A DNA stretch of 64,000 nt from a virus, in the IMG/VR virus record IMGVR_UViG_3300025646_005470. One strand, 5' to 3'. Within the stretch, counting starts at the first letter, position 1. The number at the start of each line of letters is the position of its first letter. The translations under genes and the position numbers were made by a program. The notes beneath the pieces are model-generated. The model was not told the DNA's origin. It ran no database searches and saw nothing but the letters and a program-made list of their open reading frames with translations. Positions 20,078 through 28,615 of this stretch are shown here, one piece after another.

Positions 20078-20083
20078 TATTTA
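20078..20083 (-). promoter_or_regulatory. Putative late promoter for sufBD
   Basis: TAAATA-N5-ATG with no SD, the same geometry as at the terminase and other late genes; overlaps the upstream stop codon. Confidence 0.45.
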
Positions 20084-20668
20084 CTCTGATTTGGCCTGCT
20101 CAGTAAATAAATTCAATTGTACAACAATCGCTAGTGCATATCCAATAGCATGACTTTTCTTAAAATAATAGGAATCATCTGTTGGTTTTTTCCAAACATT
20201 TTCTTTTATATCACTCCAGTTTTGTTTGAGTAAATGCCTTTTTGCTGGACGTATTATTGCCAAAACTGCCGCTAGTTCTTCAACTGATTTTGGCTTCAGT
20301 TTATTAACAATATCAAAATGATTGTGTATATGAAACAGTTGCTCAACTATTTCTTTGTGTTCTAACAAACTCCAATTAGGTTCTTGATTAATTAATTCTT
20401 GTAGATGTTTTTCATTTTTAACCCCATCATACACACCAACATTAAGTATATCTAATTTAAAATATCCTCTATCTTCTGCTTCTTTGTAATCTATATTTGC
20501 AGAATTAGTAAACGGATGTGTAGGTATATCTGTAAAATAAACACCAGTGTTGTGTTTTTTGATTTCACCATCTTTTATAATACTAGCAGGTACGTGTTTT
20601 AGTTTTTCTAATAGCACATCTCTGTCTTTTACATCAATATCAATATCTGTTTTTGCTATGTTTATCAT
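20081..20668 (-). CDS. Minimal DNA polymerase III alpha (DnaE)-like protein
   Basis: [33 protein letters not shown] match ordered DnaE core motifs within 195 aa. Confidence 0.75.
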   Translation of the reverse strand: MINIAKTDIDIDVKDRDVLLEKLKHVPASIIKDGEIKKHNTGVYFTDIPTHPFTNSANIDYKEAEDRGYFKLDILNVGVYDGVKNEKHLQELINQEPNWSLLEHKEIVEQLFHIHNHFDIVNKLKPKSVEELAAVLAIIRPAKRHLLKQNWSDIKENVWKKPTDDSYYFKKSHAIGYALAIVVQLNLFTEQAKSE

Positions 20669-21195
20669 TGATTATGTTTTGGATCTTTTTGTTGTTTAAT
20701 TTTTTCTTTAGACCATTCTTCAATTGCTTCATATTCTGATAATGGTGTTGACAGTGTATTTTCTTCTATGTGCTTTATTTGTTCTTCAGTTAATCCTGCA
20801 TTTGCATATTCTTCTTCTTCAGTCATTGGAAAATTTATTTCCATTTGATCATCTTTATCATCATTATATACATCCCATGTCGTTGACATAGCCGTTGCAC
20901 CATTGTCAAGACTTAAACTTACACCGCCGCCTATAACACCATAGTCAACTCCAAAGTCATCAGGTTCTAAACCAACACCCCAAGATGACTGTTGTAATTT
21001 TGATAGTTTTCTATTAACATCACTCATACCACTTTTCCAATCATCAAGTTTTTTACGTTGTCGTAATACTTCATCTTTGTGTACTAGATGTACTAGTGTT
21101 TTTAATTCTTCCCATTTTTCTTTTACAGTTTCATTGTCACTTGAATCTGCAACTTTGGCTACTATTTCTGGAATACCCTCATTTATTTTTATCAT
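20665..21195 (-). CDS. Hypothetical protein
   Basis: 176-aa ORF with ATGA overlaps on both sides. Confidence 0.65.
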   Translation of the reverse strand: MIKINEGIPEIVAKVADSSDNETVKEKWEELKTLVHLVHKDEVLRQRKKLDDWKSGMSDVNRKLSKLQQSSWGVGLEPDDFGVDYGVIGGGVSLSLDNGATAMSTTWDVYNDDKDDQMEINFPMTEEEEYANAGLTEEQIKHIEENTLSTPLSEYEAIEEWSKEKIKQQKDPKHNQ

Positions 21196-21866
21196 AGTCC
21201 TGCCTTTTCTAGCACCTGTTCAACAAACTTTACATCCTGTTGTGCCATTTGGAATTTTGCTGTCCAGTAATCAGGATCAATATAATCATGTACCAGTCCA
21301 ACCTGTTCATTGTTTAGTTTTTCTAATAGTTTAACACCACTTTCACAATTATACAAGATCCAAGGTGATAGTTTTCCTGACCTAATAAAGTGTACTGCTC
21401 TATTTGGTGTTAGAGTTTCTAAGCAATCATTAAAATTGCAATTGTTATCTATACCCCAACGTTTCATTATAATAATTGCACGTTCTACTGCCTTTTGTGC
21501 AGTTTCTTTTTTTAAATGTTCTTTGATGTATTTTTCATATACAGAATCAAAGTGCCATCTATCAATTTTAATCATATTCTTTAACAAATAATCTATATAG
21601 TTACTAGGATCATCAACGTGAACATCATACAAGTATCTGCCAAATTTTGTAAATGCTGTGTAGTATTTGCTTTTTGCAAAATCGTCATAAGTTCTTTCAC
21701 GTGATGTTTGTGTCATAGTTTGTTTGTAAAAATATTGATATGCTCTAAATGCCAACTGAACAAAACGTTCATCTTTTTGTTGATAACGTCTTTTTGGTTC
21801 ACATAAATGAACTGCTAGTGTTGATTCTTTTGTAAATTTTGCTTTACAGTATTTGCATTCAAACAT
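21192..21866 (-). CDS. Hypothetical protein with N-terminal zinc finger
   Basis: FECKYCKAKFTKESTLAVHLC. Confidence 0.75.
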   Translation of the reverse strand: MFECKYCKAKFTKESTLAVHLCEPKRRYQQKDERFVQLAFRAYQYFYKQTMTQTSRERTYDDFAKSKYYTAFTKFGRYLYDVHVDDPSNYIDYLLKNMIKIDRWHFDSVYEKYIKEHLKKETAQKAVERAIIIMKRWGIDNNCNFNDCLETLTPNRAVHFIRSGKLSPWILYNCESGVKLLEKLNNEQVGLVHDYIDPDYWTAKFQMAQQDVKFVEQVLEKAGL

Positions 21867-22348
21867 TAATCGTTTATCTCTTTTATTTCTTTATCTGTCC
21901 AGCCTTGCTGACGTGCTAGTTTTTTAAAACTATCTATGTTATTAATTGTTTTTAGTGCTTCTAGCTCATCTGTTTTTGCATGTGGAAAACACTCTGCTAG
22001 TAGTTTATCTAAACCAGTTTTTTTGCCTTTGCCTTTGGGTGCTTTTACCCAAGGATGAAACATTTTCTTTTTGATGCCTGCTAGTGATAGCAACTTCCAA
22101 AACAATTCAGAATCACCTTCATGCTTTTGTGTTGTGCTAAAATGTTTGTTAGCAAAATCATTTACAGATAAAATATAGTGTTCTTTAAATGCTTTTTGTC
22201 CTTGCACATTACTAGTAAATCTCATTGCTGTGTATGGCGAAAATGTTTTCTTTTCTTCTTCATCAAGTGTGTTATACCATCTTGAATTTGCCATATCAAT
22301 GTTATACAACATTTGATTTAGATTTATTTTTTTAGTAGTTATAGCCAC
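21866..22348 (-). CDS. gp62: Clamp loader small subunit-like
   Basis: FSPYTAMRF and KKKMFHPWVKAPK resemble conserved gp62 blocks of T4-like phages. Confidence 0.6.
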   Translation of the reverse strand: MAITTKKINLNQMLYNIDMANSRWYNTLDEEEKKTFSPYTAMRFTSNVQGQKAFKEHYILSVNDFANKHFSTTQKHEGDSELFWKLLSLAGIKKKMFHPWVKAPKGKGKKTGLDKLLAECFPHAKTDELEALKTINNIDSFKKLARQQGWTDKEIKEIND

Positions 22349-22515
22349 TATACAATTTCCTCAACTATTCCTAATACTTCTGCTAGTATTAAAAGTACTC
22401 CGCACATAAAAACGTCACCAAGCAATAGCCAAACTCCAGCACCAATTCTTAAACCACTTTTAAACATTGATACCCAAAAATGTCCTTTACCTGGATCTTT
22501 ACTTGCTATCTTCAT
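22348..22515 (-). CDS. Small membrane protein, 55 aa (missing from the ORF track)
   Basis: Manual translation MKIASKDPGKGHFWVSMFKSGLRIGAGVWLLLGDVFMCGVLLILAEVLGIVEEIV; exactly fills the gap with overlapping start/stop. Confidence 0.75.
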   Translation of the reverse strand: MKIASKDPGKGHFWVSMFKSGLRIGAGVWLLLGDVFMCGVLLILAEVLGIVEEIV

Positions 22516-23012
22516 ATTAAATCTCCTACTTGCATTACATCAGGAATTTGATTTAGTTCTTTTGCAAAATAAACGCACTGTGGCTTTTCACCCACAGTTA
22601 ATGGCATAGTTAAAATATGACCATTTTTTAATTTTGGAAAAAACCATTTTACTTCCTGAAACACATTTACTATTTTAATTTCTTTAAAGTCGTGTGTATA
22701 GCCTGAAAATGGATTATACACAAATGCTTCAAAACCTCTATCATTTAGACTTGTTAGTGGAACCATTTCGCACTGTCCCATTTCTTTTTCACCAATCATT
22801 ATACTCCAATCCATGGGCATTTCTAGTGTTTGTCCGCCAATATCAAGTATCACTGCTGGCGCATTAAACGACTCTAAAAATATAAGAGGTATATAAAAAT
22901 AATCTAATGATTTTGAATTTGAACAATCTAACACACAGTATTGCAAATCATCCACTTCATTTGGTACTGCATTTAGATTATATGTGTTGTTGTCAACTGT
23001 TAGTATGTTCAT
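22512..23012 (-). CDS. Hypothetical beta-rich protein
   Basis: 166-aa ORF coupled to uvsW. Confidence 0.7.
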   Translation of the reverse strand: MNILTVDNNTYNLNAVPNEVDDLQYCVLDCSNSKSLDYFYIPLIFLESFNAPAVILDIGGQTLEMPMDWSIMIGEKEMGQCEMVPLTSLNDRGFEAFVYNPFSGYTHDFKEIKIVNVFQEVKWFFPKLKNGHILTMPLTVGEKPQCVYFAKELNQIPDVMQVGDLI

Positions 23013-24466
23013 TCTATGTTTACTTTCTCTACTGTAAAAGGATAATTTGCTTCATTGTAAAACTTTTTTCTAGTTGTTAAATGTCGTTTAGAAAATTTAC
23101 AAGCACTTGTAATATCCCATATTTCTACGTGATCTTTATCTTCTGCTTTTCTTATACCTCTTCCAATTGACTGTATAACTCTTACAAAAGATTTACCTGG
23201 TTCTATCAATACCAAATTAAATATTCTTGGCAAATTAATCCCCACCGCCGCTACACCATATGTAGCAATAATGACTTTGTGCTGTTCTGTAGCAACTTCA
23301 TCATATTCTTCTTCTCTATCTTCTAGTTTGGTTCTACCTTGAATAAACACAGAATCAACAATGATACTTTCAAGTAATTCTCCTGTTTTAATTCTATCAA
23401 CTAGAATAAGAGTATTTCCTTCTGCTCTCATTGTATCAACCAAATCAGCAATAAAATTTAATCTTGTTTCATTGGTTACTAAAAATGTTTGTTCACTAGC
23501 ATAGTTTGAAAACGCATTTGTTTCTTGTGTTTGTACAACGTTCACATGACAATTTGCAAGTACACCTTTTCCTTGTAGTTCACTTGCTGACAATGTATTA
23601 ATAACTTCTCCTAGACTTGCTTGTAATGAAACACGTTCATAATCTTCTTTTGGTATTGTTCCTGTTAGTCCCCAACGTATAGGTACTCCAGCAAATGGGC
23701 CTGTTAATAGTGTTTTAAGCACGTCTGCTTTGGCTTGATGCACTTCATCTACCATAACACATACTACATCATGTAAAAAGTCACCTATGTCAACTTCCGC
23801 TTCAAACTTTTTGGTTTTCTTTAGCATATTATTTAAACTTTGCCATGTACAAATTGTGTGTTGCTTGTTAAATTCTTTACGTTCGCCATAGTATACACCA
23901 ACATCTAGTCCAAGTGTTTTGTAATCACCTTCTGTTTGTGTAACAAGTGATTTGTTAGGTACAATTACAATTGACCTTCCGTAGGGTTGTACCAGTTGTG
24001 AAAGTGTTGCAGTAATAATTGTTTTACCAGCACCTGTGGCAATTTCTTGTAAGCATTGTGGGTTTTCTAAAAATTTGTTTATAGTTTCTACTTGATAATC
24101 TCTAAGAACAATTGGTTGTCCTGCTTGTGGATGTTTTGGTCCCCATGTTTTTTCAAAATGCAAACTTTCATCTATTTGTGGAAAGTTAAACTCATGCTGT
24201 TGTCTAAGATCTTCTATTTCAATTTCATAATCTTGTTCTTCAATAATTGGCAGTATTCTGTCTAATAGATTTAGATATGTTCTTCCGCCTATATCACAAA
24301 ATCTAATATTACCATCCCATCTACCCAATTTATAAGCAGGAAGATGAAATGCATATGGTAAAAAGAATTTGAGTTTATCTGAAATTTTACGTCTTGTGAT
24401 TACATCAAGCCCTTCAAACTTCACATTAACTTCATCTCTAATAATTAGTTTCGCAATCTTTGACAT
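23009..24466 (-). CDS. uvsW: UvsW-like SF2 DNA helicase
   Basis: LRDYQ, ATGAGKT, DEVH, GLTGT, QSIGRGIRK. Confidence 0.92.
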   Translation of the reverse strand: MSKIAKLIIRDEVNVKFEGLDVITRRKISDKLKFFLPYAFHLPAYKLGRWDGNIRFCDIGGRTYLNLLDRILPIIEEQDYEIEIEDLRQQHEFNFPQIDESLHFEKTWGPKHPQAGQPIVLRDYQVETINKFLENPQCLQEIATGAGKTIITATLSQLVQPYGRSIVIVPNKSLVTQTEGDYKTLGLDVGVYYGERKEFNKQHTICTWQSLNNMLKKTKKFEAEVDIGDFLHDVVCVMVDEVHQAKADVLKTLLTGPFAGVPIRWGLTGTIPKEDYERVSLQASLGEVINTLSASELQGKGVLANCHVNVVQTQETNAFSNYASEQTFLVTNETRLNFIADLVDTMRAEGNTLILVDRIKTGELLESIIVDSVFIQGRTKLEDREEEYDEVATEQHKVIIATYGVAAVGINLPRIFNLVLIEPGKSFVRVIQSIGRGIRKAEDKDHVEIWDITSACKFSKRHLTTRKKFYNEANYPFTVEKVNIE

Positions 24467-24472
24467 AACACT

Positions 24473-24501
24473 ATAATAACTTATTTAGAATAAAAATGCA
24501 A
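24473..24501 (-). promoter_or_regulatory. sigma70-type promoter for uvsW with embedded TAAATA
   Basis: TTGCAT-N17-TATTAT, 6 nt to ATG. Confidence 0.6.
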
Positions 24502-24505
24502 GAAA

Positions 24506-25150
24506 TTACTTGTTCTTATAGATAATTTGGCCTCTTATATCAACTGGCAAATCTTGATAGTAACCTTCTTTGTGAATTAACAAAATAATTTCACCTAATC
24601 GTTGTGTGTATATTTCTCCTAACTCACTCCAAGCAACTAAAAAACGAGCCAACGTTGTTGCATTGGTATATCCATACATTTGGATTTCCCATTTTCTAGC
24701 ATATCTAAATTCTTCATAGGCAGGATGATTGTTTAATATTTGAATATAATCTTTTATACAAGCACACATAGTAGGATACTTTTTTACTCCCCATGGAGCA
24801 TTAGGTTTTTTCCTTGCTTTCATATGCGGAACTGTATCTAAACTCCAAGTTCTAATTCCAAAGTAATTATTACCTTCACGTGCAAATCTAGATTGTCCCC
24901 ATGCACTTTCATAGGCCGCCATGGCCACAATTAGATCAAATGGTACTTGTCTTGCAATTGGATATTTTTTATAATCAGCATAAAGTTTTTCAACACAATA
25001 AAAAATTTGTTTTACAAACTGTTCATTACTTTCAATTGGTGTGTTAAAAAAATCTGCTTGATCGTTATTTGTAACTGACTTAGAATAAGCCATTACCATA
25101 CTAAAAGAAATAATTGCTGTTACTAAAAGTAACTTTAAACGTTTCATCAT
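24506..25150 (-). CDS. GH73 glucosaminidase (Bax/FlgJ-like) with N-terminal signal or anchor
   Basis: AAYESAWGQSRFAREGNNYFGIR, Y..ILN.HPAY; hydrophobic N-terminus. Confidence 0.85.
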   Translation of the reverse strand: MMKRLKLLLVTAIISFSMVMAYSKSVTNNDQADFFNTPIESNEQFVKQIFYCVEKLYADYKKYPIARQVPFDLIVAMAAYESAWGQSRFAREGNNYFGIRTWSLDTVPHMKARKKPNAPWGVKKYPTMCACIKDYIQILNNHPAYEEFRYARKWEIQMYGYTNATTLARFLVAWSELGEIYTQRLGEIILLIHKEGYYQDLPVDIRGQIIYKNK

Positions 25151-25153
25151 AAT

Positions 25154-25181
25154 ATAATAACATATTTACCTGTTTTGTCAA
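25154..25181 (-). promoter_or_regulatory. sigma70-type promoter for the glucosaminidase
   Basis: TTGACA-N16-TATTAT, 6 nt to the second ATG. Confidence 0.55.
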
Positions 25182-25204
25182 TGAATATTTTGCTAAATAA
25201 TAGT

Positions 25205-25417
25205 ATGAAAATCAACGAAATACTAGACGAATGGAAGGGCAAAGTACCAACTTCTGTGTGTAGAAGTGATAGAAAATTAGGTGCTTCAGATGAGTCTAGT
25301 TGTAGATCACAGGGTTTACGTTCTAGAGATAGTGGTAAAAAATACAAAGGCAAAACCCTAAGAGGAAAAAAAGTTCGTGGCCAAAAATATGGCGGTCCTC
25401 TTAAAGATTATTCTTAG
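25205..25417 (+). CDS. Small basic protein, putative head-internal
   Basis: Likely start MKINEILDE at 25205, preceded by TAAATA-N5; Gly/Lys/Arg-rich with two Cys. Confidence 0.7.
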   Translation: MKINEILDEWKGKVPTSVCRSDRKLGASDESSCRSQGLRSRDSGKKYKGKTLRGKKVRGQKYGGPLKDYS

Positions 25418-25637
25418 ACTTTTTTAACTTATATAACTCTTCGTTAAGTTCTTTTACTCTTTTGTATAAAGAATATTTTTCCTTAACTTCATCTGCTACA
25501 GTCTTTTTTAATTGCTGAATTTGATCATCTTTTGCAAGTAATGATCTACGCATTTGCTCCATAGGATCAAGTTCGTGATTTTTAAAACCGTATTGTTTTG
25601 TTTTATCTTGAGTTTTTGCTGTATAGTTCCGCGTCAT
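25401..25637 (-). CDS. Small coiled-coil hypothetical protein
   Basis: 78-aa ORF overlapping the uvsY end; heptad pattern. Confidence 0.5.
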   Translation of the reverse strand: MTRNYTAKTQDKTKQYGFKNHELDPMEQMRRSLLAKDDQIQQLKKTVADEVKEKYSLYKRVKELNEELYKLKKSKNNL

Positions 25638-26079
25638 CTAATCCTGCTACTCTTAATTTAACAATGTTGTTGATTTGAAATTGCTTGGCATCAATTGCTT
25701 TTAACAAGCCAAGATACTTGTTACGTACAAGAGCAAATTCATTTATAAGTTGGCTCATAGTAACAACTTCGTCTTCACCATCAATATACTTTTCAGCATC
25801 TCTTGATGTTAAAGCTCTTTGGTATGCTTCTAAAAACTTTTTATAATGCTTTGCTCTTGTTCTACGTAATTCTATATTAAGATGCTCTAGTATGGCTTCA
25901 ATTTCTTGTAATTGATTAAACCTATGTTCAACTACACCAGGTATTTGTGAAGCATTACGTTCAATATTACCTACTAGTCCTGCTTCTACTCTGGCTTCTT
26001 CTAGTTCCTTTAGATAATGATCAATACAATCAGGCAACTTGCCTAGATCTTTTGAAACCAAACCATACCAGTTAATCAT
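25603..26079 (-). CDS. uvsY: Recombination mediator UvsY-like
   Basis: Helical; DAEKYIDGE; position downstream of the recombinase. Confidence 0.75.
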   Translation of the reverse strand: MINWYGLVSKDLGKLPDCIDHYLKELEEARVEAGLVGNIERNASQIPGVVEHRFNQLQEIEAILEHLNIELRRTRAKHYKKFLEAYQRALTSRDAEKYIDGEDEVVTMSQLINEFALVRNKYLGLLKAIDAKQFQINNIVKLRVAGLDDAELYSKNSR

Positions 26080-26327
26080 TAATAATCCTCATTATCATCA
26101 TAAGAATCATCATCATCTTCATCTTCTTCTATTTCCCCATAAACTTCATTGTATGCTTGATGTAGATGACTTGAGTGTGAAAATACTTCACGCCAATCTG
26201 AATCATCTGCACCATAATCATCAATCAAAGCCACATAGGCAATAGCCGCATCCAATCTATCTTTTGCTGGTACATAGTTTTTCAACTTATCCCATGCTTC
26301 AATTAACACTTGAATGTCTTCTGTCAT
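26079..26327 (-). CDS. Small acidic hypothetical protein
   Basis: 82 aa with Asp/Glu-rich tail. Confidence 0.65.
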   Translation of the reverse strand: MTEDIQVLIEAWDKLKNYVPAKDRLDAAIAYVALIDDYGADDSDWREVFSHSSHLHQAYNEVYGEIEEDEDDDDSYDDNEDY

Positions 26328-26329
26328 TT

Positions 26330-27397
26330 TTATGCCTCCACGTCAGCAGTTTCCTCTGCTTGTACATCAGACTTAGCAGTTCCCCACTCAGCCATAATTA
26401 AATCAAGATTTTCTCCTGTCCAATCTTTTCTGTAGTGTTTATGTTCTTTGCCAAATCTATCAACATATTTAAGTCTATTACCATCTTTGGTCAACAGTCC
26501 TTTTTTCTCACAAAGATCAACTAAACCACTGTATGGGTCCATTCCTGCTTCATATGGAATTTTTACCTGTACACTTTCAAACGGTTTATTAAATCTTGTT
26601 TTCATAACTTTAACTGCTGATCTAATACCAGTAACATCAGATATTTTGTTTCCACTTTCATCTTCTTTTAATTTAAGTTTTTTCATAGCAATCACAACTG
26701 AACTTGCATACACAAATCCTTGTCCGCCACTAATCTTATCATCTGGATCAAACATATCTTGTGATGCGTATGTGTGGTTAGTTGCTACTAAACCAATGTT
26801 TAGTTCTGCAAACATGTTCACACAATTTCTAATAAGTGCTGTAAGTGCCTTAGGTTTTCTACCCATGTCACCTTTTAAATCACCCTTATCAAATTGATCC
26901 TTGTCTGTTTGTGTTAACAACATACCTAAACTATCTATTACAAACATAACTTTTGGTCTTTCGTTGTGTTCTAAAGACCCATAGTCTGCTCTGTAATTTG
27001 TTACAAACTCAGAAATAGTTTTTGCTACATCATCAATCATTGCAACATTAATACGCATTAATTTATCCGGTGATGTGTCTACGTTAAGTGCTTGTAACCA
27101 TCTTTCATCTAATGCATTTTCAGAATCAAACACAATACAAAATATACCTTGATCCTGTGCATTTTTAATAATGTTACCTGATGCAATCAAACTCTTACCA
27201 GAACCTGATTCACCTGCTAACATTGTTACACGACCTAGCGGAACACCTTTGTTAAAGTCACCACTAATCAAATAGTTTAGAGTATAATTACCTGTTGATA
27301 TCCATGTGTCTGGATCAGATTCAAAGCCAACAGATATACCACCAATACTTTTTGTTACTGACTTTCTAAATTTACTTACGTCAAATGGTCTTACCAT
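26330..27397 (-). CDS. uvsX: RecA-like recombinase
   Basis: Walker A AGESGSGKS, FVIDSLG, ATNHTY, SGGQG; start likely MVRPFD at 27397 after AGGAG. Confidence 0.93.
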   Translation of the reverse strand: MVRPFDVSKFRKSVTKSIGGISVGFESDPDTWISTGNYTLNYLISGDFNKGVPLGRVTMLAGESGSGKSLIASGNIIKNAQDQGIFCIVFDSENALDERWLQALNVDTSPDKLMRINVAMIDDVAKTISEFVTNYRADYGSLEHNERPKVMFVIDSLGMLLTQTDKDQFDKGDLKGDMGRKPKALTALIRNCVNMFAELNIGLVATNHTYASQDMFDPDDKISGGQGFVYASSVVIAMKKLKLKEDESGNKISDVTGIRSAVKVMKTRFNKPFESVQVKIPYEAGMDPYSGLVDLCEKKGLLTKDGNRLKYVDRFGKEHKHYRKDWTGENLDLIMAEWGTAKSDVQAEETADVEA

Positions 27398-27455
27398 AAT
27401 ATCTCCTTGTCTGCAATAGTGCATAGTTGCCTACGCACTATTACTATATACGATT

Positions 27456-28457
27456 TTATTTGCTTTGTCTAGCTCTGATCATTGCCAAAATATCATCTGC
27501 TGATGGTTTTGACTTATCTTCAGTTGCTGTTGCTGTAGCAGTTGCCACTTCTGGCTGTGCCGCAGGTGCAGGTGTTTCTGTTACAGGAGCCGCAGTTACT
27601 GGTGCTTCTACTTTTGGAGCAGGAGCAGTTGTTGCCGCTGGTGCTGTTTCAGTTGCTGTACTTGGTGATGATGCCATACCAGCTGGTCTGTAATACTGAC
27701 CAAATCTGCTTTCATCATATAACTCACCGTCAACAGATGCTTTAAACATTTCTGCAATAACTTTTACTTCTTCTGCAGAAGGTTTCTTAGGAAGATAATC
27801 ACTTAGATTAAACAAACCATTTGAGTCAACTGCTGATCTTTCACTGTCACTGATTGATCTTTCTTTGAAAGACCAAGTTGAAGTTGAATAATCTGCATAA
27901 CCACCTTTTTGAGTTTTGGTTAATTTAAAGTCTCTACCTTTTTCAATATCAGTTGGCAGATCTTCCATGTCTGGATTCATCAATGCTGATCTGATAATGT
28001 TAAAGATTGACGGATTAATTACAAAACGTCTAATTGGATTTTCTGGTGTTGACTCTTCATCCAGTGGAGAGTTAACAACAAAACCTTGGAAGATATAACT
28101 TCTTTTCTTCCAATACTTACGACCCATGTCTTCTAAACTTGGATCTTTAAACCATGGACGTATTTCACTTAATACTGGGCATGGTTCACCCCACATTTCC
28201 ATACAAGGAACCTGTACTGATGTTGGTTTTGCTTCAGACTGACCTTTGATACCAGCAAATGGTAATCTAATCATTTGTCTTTCAACCCAAAAGAAAGTAT
28301 TGTTTGGATCTTTGTCTGCTAAAAATCTTAGTGTTGCTGTTGTGCCTTCAGGAATATTCCAGAACGGATAAATTGCGTTGTCGCCTCCTGAACTATTTGG
28401 TGAACGTTTTACTTCTTGTTCTTGAAGTTTTGCTCTTATTTCTGCTAGAGTTGCCAT
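27456..28457 (-). CDS. gp32: Single-stranded DNA-binding protein
   Basis: IRFL.DKDPNNTFFW, CMEMWGEPCP, WKKRSY, GRDFKL, YADYSTS; C-terminal DDILAMIRAR. Confidence 0.85.
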   Translation of the reverse strand: MATLAEIRAKLQEQEVKRSPNSSGGDNAIYPFWNIPEGTTATLRFLADKDPNNTFFWVERQMIRLPFAGIKGQSEAKPTSVQVPCMEMWGEPCPVLSEIRPWFKDPSLEDMGRKYWKKRSYIFQGFVVNSPLDEESTPENPIRRFVINPSIFNIIRSALMNPDMEDLPTDIEKGRDFKLTKTQKGGYADYSTSTWSFKERSISDSERSAVDSNGLFNLSDYLPKKPSAEEVKVIAEMFKASVDGELYDESRFGQYYRPAGMASSPSTATETAPAATTAPAPKVEAPVTAAPVTETPAPAAQPEVATATATATEDKSKPSADDILAMIRARQSK

Positions 28458-28470
28458 TTTATTTTCTCCT

Positions 28471-28510
28471 ATATTAGCCTATATTAGCCTCTGTTAGTAT
28501 ATGTTAGCCT
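28471..28510 (-). repeat. Four in-phase 10-nt repeats in the gp32 5' leader
   Basis: mRNA sense AGGCUAACAU AUACUAACAG AGGCUAAUAU AGGCUAAUAU, followed in phase by AGGAGAAAAU (SD). Confidence 0.85.
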
Positions 28511-28545
28511 ATAATTAAATAATGCTTTGCTTAACATTATCTACT

Positions 28546-28574
28546 ATTATATTTATTATCTTTTGATTTGTCAA
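28546..28574 (-). promoter_or_regulatory. Consensus sigma70 promoter for gp32 with embedded TAAATA
   Basis: TTGACA-N17-TATAAT. Confidence 0.8.
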
Positions 28575-28615
28575 GCGATTTTTAGAAGAATTTTATCTAA
28601 ATTTTAAAAGGAGTA

